DNA of 64,000 nucleotides from Malacoraja senta. Lineage: Eukaryota. The notes under the pieces are model-generated. The model saw only the letters and a list, made by a program, of their open reading frames with translations. It had not been told where the DNA came from and did not search any database. Position 1 is the first letter of the stretch. Every line of letters begins with the position of its first letter. The DNA is taken from contig CM075995.1 of NCBI GenBank assembly GCA_038087875.1, forward strand, positions 10,728,001 to 10,792,000. Direction: 5' to 3'. Positions 58,876 to 64,000 of this stretch are shown here, in pieces. A program made the translations under genes and the position numbers.

Positions 58876-60959
58876 ATAGCAACAGCCCTTTCGGCCCACC
58901 ATGTTTGTGCTGACCACTAGCATCCATCTTTACTAATCAAAATTTACCAGCAGCTTGTCCTCAGCTGACTATACCTTGGCGACGGCGCGTCAGATGCTTC
59001 TTAACTGTTGTAACATTGGTATTAAAAGAAGACACAAAGTGCTGGAGAAACTCAACGGGTCAGGCAACATCTTTGGCGAACATGGATAGGTGATGTTTTG
59101 GATCAGATGTGAGGAAAGGTCCCAACCTGAAACGTCACCTATTCATGTTCTCCGTTGAGTTACTCCAGCATTGTGTGTCTTTTTTTTTGCATCTGCAATT
59201 GCTCGCGTGGCATTAGTATTAATTTATTGTCATATATACCGAGATACAGCGCAAAACTTCATGTGCTACGCAGTCACGTCATACTATACATGCTGCCATC
59301 AAACCACTCACACAGGGTCATCAGTGTGGTGTGCATAGAGAAGCAAGAGTCCAGAGTGTTTACGTCATTTATATCAGTGTCAGAACAAATATTAGCAGAA
59401 GCTTTACAGACTTATTAACACAATAACACAAATAAATATGCAATGATTAATAATACAATGCTAATAATCAGCAATACTAGATAAACAGGTCACAATAGTG
59501 CAAAACCAAATCAGTCCATAGTAGGTCTTTGTTGCTGAGGTTAGTAGAAAAATGGAACTGCAGATGCCGGTTTACAAAAAAAGACATACAGTGCTGGATA
59601 GGGCAGCATCTGTGGACAACTTAGCAAGGTGTCGGGACGCTTCTTCAAATTGATAGACATGAAGAAGGTTTCTGACCCGAAACATCACCTCTACGTTGCT
59701 GGGTTAGTGTTCTGCCGAGTTTTCTAGAGCCTGATGGTTGTGGGAAGAAGTTATTCTTGAACCTGGAGAAAAGATACAGCCACAGATAAAGTGCCGATAA
59801 AAGTTGTAAGTGCTGCAAGAAGGTGGATTGGAAGATCGAGAATACATGTGACAATAAACTGACCTTGAAACCTTGAAACCTTCAAACATCCTTAGCTTAT
59901 GAAAGGATGTTCAGTCGTCAGATAACAGCGGCAAAGAAGCTGTTCATGAATCTGGTGGTATGTGACAATGGGGGAAGAGTAAAAAAGGTGAAGGGGAAGT
60001 CTGATCTGTGTGAGGGACTGGGCTATACCCACAACTCGCTACCATTTCTATCGGTCTTTGGCAGAGATGTTGCCAACCCAAGCTGTGATGCTTTTACAGA
60101 ATTTGAGTCAATCTAAGATACAGCACAGAAACCGACCAACGTGCCCCATCCAAACATTTGCCCCATCTCCCTCTAAACCTTTCCTTCCCATGTACCTGCC
60201 CGAATGTATTTTAAATTATGTGATTGTACCTGCCTCAAATCTCTGACAGCTTGTTTTGTATACCCACCGGCCACCACCATTATTTGTGTGGAAATGTTGC
60301 CCCTCGGGTTCCCATTATCTCATTAAACCCGTGTCAGCTGGTTCTTGATTCTCTTACTACGGTTAAAAAATCTCAACGTATATATCCCCACGATGATTTA
60401 TACACCTCCAGAAGGTCACCCCTCTACCTTTTGCGCTCCGAGAAATAAAGTCCTATCCTTCCCAACCACTCCCTCGAGTCGTGGCAACATTGTCCTAAAT
60501 CTTCTCTGCACCCTTTCCAACTTAGCGGCATTCATGACCCCTGTTCACACAACTCTGTCATTGCTACGATGTAATGCTCCAGTCTGCTGATCAACCATAG
60601 GATCTCATTGGCATGTGTTATTCCTCTGACTGATCATCGGCTGATCCTGTCATGTACTCCAGGGTCGTCAACAACAGGACGTACCAACTGTGCCCCCCCC
60701 CCATCTCCCCTTCCACTCATCCTGGAAATGCAGAAGGGTTGGAATATTTGGGAACACGGGCCCTTGAGCCAGGAGTACAGCAGCTGATGGGATCGCTGTG
60801 AAAGATCTGACCTTCAGACGTTTACTCTTCGTCTGGACAAGTGCCACGTTTTTTTTTCTGCCATTGCCATAACAATGTTTTCATTTTTGCTCTGCTCAAG
60901 CGAGTCAAGAGTGTTTAGTTATCATGTGTACGGCAACAGAACAATTACATTGTCAATAA

Positions 60960-61420
60960 TAGACACAAAAAAAGCTGGGATAACTCAGCGGGACAGGCAG
61001 CATCTCTGGAGAGAAGGAATGGGTGACGTTTCGGGTCGAGACACTTCTTCAGACTGAGTCATGGGAAAGGGAAACGAGAGATATAAGCGATGATGTAGAC
61101 GGATGATATAGATGATATAGAACAAAGATATGCCAAAAAGCACCGATGACAAAGGAAACAGGCCATTATTAGCTGCTTATTGGGTGAAAGCAAGAGGCTG
61201 GTGCGACTTGGGTGGGGGATGGATGGAGAGAAAAGGAATGCCGAGGTTACTTGAAGTGAGATAAATCAATGTTCATACCATTGGGCTGTAAGCTGCCCAA
61301 GCGAAATATGAGATGCTGTTCCTCCAATTTGCGTTTGGCCTCACCCTGTCAATGGAGGAGGCCTGGGACGGGAAGGTCAGTGTGCCAATGGGGGAAAGAA
61401 TTAAGGTGTTTAGCAACCAG
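60960..61420 (-). mobile_element. Penelope-like element 3' fragment
   Basis: Minus strand reads GLLH.QGEAKRKLEEQHLIFRLGSLQPNGMN, then a terminal region with a CTGAAGA...GAAAC core at about 61025-61054. Confidence 0.72.
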
Positions 61421-64000
61421 GATTGCAGGTTGCTGCAGCTTTACGGGCCTGTAAACCCAATAACACACAAATAACACATTAATCAATAATATAATCTATT
61501 AATAACAACATACCATGAATCAATAACAGTGTAAAACTGGAGATCACAGTGTTAACCCAAAGACATATTCCACAGTGGATCATAGTTGTTGAGGTTAGGG
61601 TTGGGCAATGTTCAAGAACATGATGGTTGCTGGGAAGAAGCTGTTCTTGAACCTGGAGGTCACGGGAGGTCACCTTCCTCCCGATGGTAGCAGTGAGATG
61701 AGACCGTGACCAGGGTGGTGTGGGGCCGTTGATGCTATGGCCAGCACCTCCTGCAAATCCCTTGGATGGTGGAGAGGTCAGAACCTGTAATGCTCCAGGC
61801 TTTTCTGATTTCACTTAAGGAATATTGAGCTGTGCAGCACAGAAACATGCCCCTCAGCCAACCTTGCCCATGCCGACCATGTTGCATTCTGAATTTGTCT
61901 CATTTGCCCGCAATTCTCTGGAACATGGAAGGATTGAGGGGAGACCTGATAACAGTATATAAAATTATTAGATAGGGTGGACAGACAGAATATTTTCCCC
62001 AGTTTGGAAACATCGAAGACTGAAGGGCATAAATTTAAGGTGAGAGGGGCAAAGTTTATAGAAGATTTGGCAAGATAAATATTTTATACTGAGAGTGGTG
62101 GGTGCCTGGTTTACACTGGTAGTGGTGGAGGCAGATACGATAGTGACGTTTCAGAGATTTTTAGATATGCACATGAATATGTAAGGAATAGAAGGATGGG
62201 GGAGTTGGTTCACGTACAGGCAGAAGAGATTAGTTTAACTTGGCATCATGTTTGGCAAAGACAGTGTTAGCTGGAAGACTTGTTCCTGTACTGTTCGATG
62301 TTCTGTTTGAGCCGTGTCCCTTTAAATCCACTAAATGATGCACCCTTTATTCTTTATCTGTGATCTGTGGATGGCATGATTTGTAACCACGTATAATATT
62401 TTCTTTGATTGGATAGCATGCAGGCAATCTCTTATCACAGTACCCCCGGTACACATGGCCATACCAAGCTACACTAAACTGTAGTTTGGTGTGGCCATGT
62501 ACCCGCCTAAGTACATTTAAACTTTTAAATTGTACCCACCTCTACTACCTCCTCCAGCTGCTCGTTCCACATATCCACGATAATCTATCCGAGGAGAGGT
62601 TTTGCGGAACATAGGCCAAACGCGGGTAAATGGGACTAGCATGGATAGGGCATCTTGCTCGGCCAAGGACAAGTTGGGCTGACGGACCTGCTCTCATTCG
62701 AATATACCAATTCACTGCTCTGCCTCCCACACATCCACAGCTTCCTGTCCGACCCCCTCACGTTCTCTCTCAGTCTCCTGGTCCAACCCACCCCCACCCC
62801 CAGTCTCCCAGACCACACACTCCTTCCCCTCAATCTCAAATTTCACACAACAGAACAGCACAGGAACAGGCCCTTCAGCCCACAATGTCCTGTACTGAAC
62901 ATAATGCCAATCCCTTATCTGCATGCACGTGATATATCCCTCCATTCCCTACCTATCCATGTGCCTATCCAAATGTCTCTTGATACCACTACCGTACCAG
63001 CCTCCACCACCCCTGGCAGCACATTCCAGGCACCCATCACTCTCTGCGTCAAACGTTATCCTCTCGTCATTGACACCCCCCCCCCCCCGGTAAGCGGTTC
63101 GGACTGTCTATACCTCTCGTTATTTTTTAGACCTATCAGATTTTCCCTGAACTTCGTGTTCCTGAGAAAATAATGCACGTTTGCCCAACCTCTCCTTATA
63201 GCTGTGTTGGAAGGAACTGCAGATACTGGTTTAAATCGAAGATAGACACAATATGCTGGAGTAACACAGCGGGACAGGCAGCATATCTGGAGAGAGGGAA
63301 TGGGTGACGTTTCCGGTGGAGACCCTTCTTCAAACATTCTCATTACGTGTCTGAAGAAGCGTCCCGATTCCAAACGTTTTTTTACCCATATTCTCCAGAG
63401 ATACTGCTGGTCCCGCTGAGTTACTCTAGCATTTTGTGTCTATCTCCTTATAGCTAATGCTCCCTAATCCAGGCAGCATCCTAGTGAACCTCCTCTGCAT
63501 ACTCTCCAATGCCTCTATATCCTTTCTGTAATGGGGCGACCAGTTGCACGCGAACGGGCCATTCGGTCGGTGATTCTTATCTACCGATTCCGTTATATCG
63601 AGCCGCCACCATGGGCTTTCGGTTTGTTTTATGTTTACAGGCACATATCCTCCAAATGCAGCCTAACCAAAGCTTCAAATGACTTCCAGATTCTAAGAGG
63701 CAGGTGAGATAGTGGTGGAGTATGGGGAGCCTTGTGCTGTTCGAGAGCTCTTCCCACTGGCAGAGAGAGTCTGAAGTCTGAAGAAGGGTCTGAAAAGGGG
63801 TCTCTAATGAGTCTGGAGAAGGAAGGGTCCTCGGCCCGAAACGTTGCCTATTTCCTTCGCTCCATAGATGCTGCGTCACCCAGTTTCTCCAGCATTTTTG
63901 TGTACCTCCAGATTCTAATAAATAACCCCCCTCCTCCCAGTTTCCTGCCCCCCCCCCCATTCCCAGACCACAGAGACCAATAAGGTCTGGTAGGCTCCAC

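Noticed and set aside
60600..60850. Unique stretch with AG/GT pairs as an exon of another gene
   Set aside because: No recognisable coding signal or partner exon; too weak to call.

Overview
This is vertebrate genomic DNA, most likely from a cartilaginous fish such as a skate or ray (inferred from the repeat mix). Most of the window is transposon-derived: CR1 LINEs of several subfamilies, Rex1/Babar, L2, Penelope-like fragments, V-SINEs, a Tc1 element, a Gypsy element, a hAT-like element and a solo LTR. Running through the repeats on the + strand is the 3' part of a spliced gene for a tandem multi-domain F-type lectin (fucolectin/FTP domain). It has eight phase-compatible GT-AG exons between 2340 and 31993, giving half of one domain plus three complete domains, and a probable short terminal exon at 53494. 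The top observation is in the only domain with the fucose-binding motif: its exon is split by a 659-nt segment made almost entirely of a CR1 insertion. The segment has GT...AG ends and splices out in frame, making it a candidate LINE-derived intron gain. Other points are a chimeric near-full-length CR1 with 90-bp 5' monomers, a five-level nested transposon stack, hammerhead-like cores in Penelope ends, and an ERV-like solo LTR. Repeat boundaries were read by eye and are approximate. Family names come from motif recognition, not database searches.
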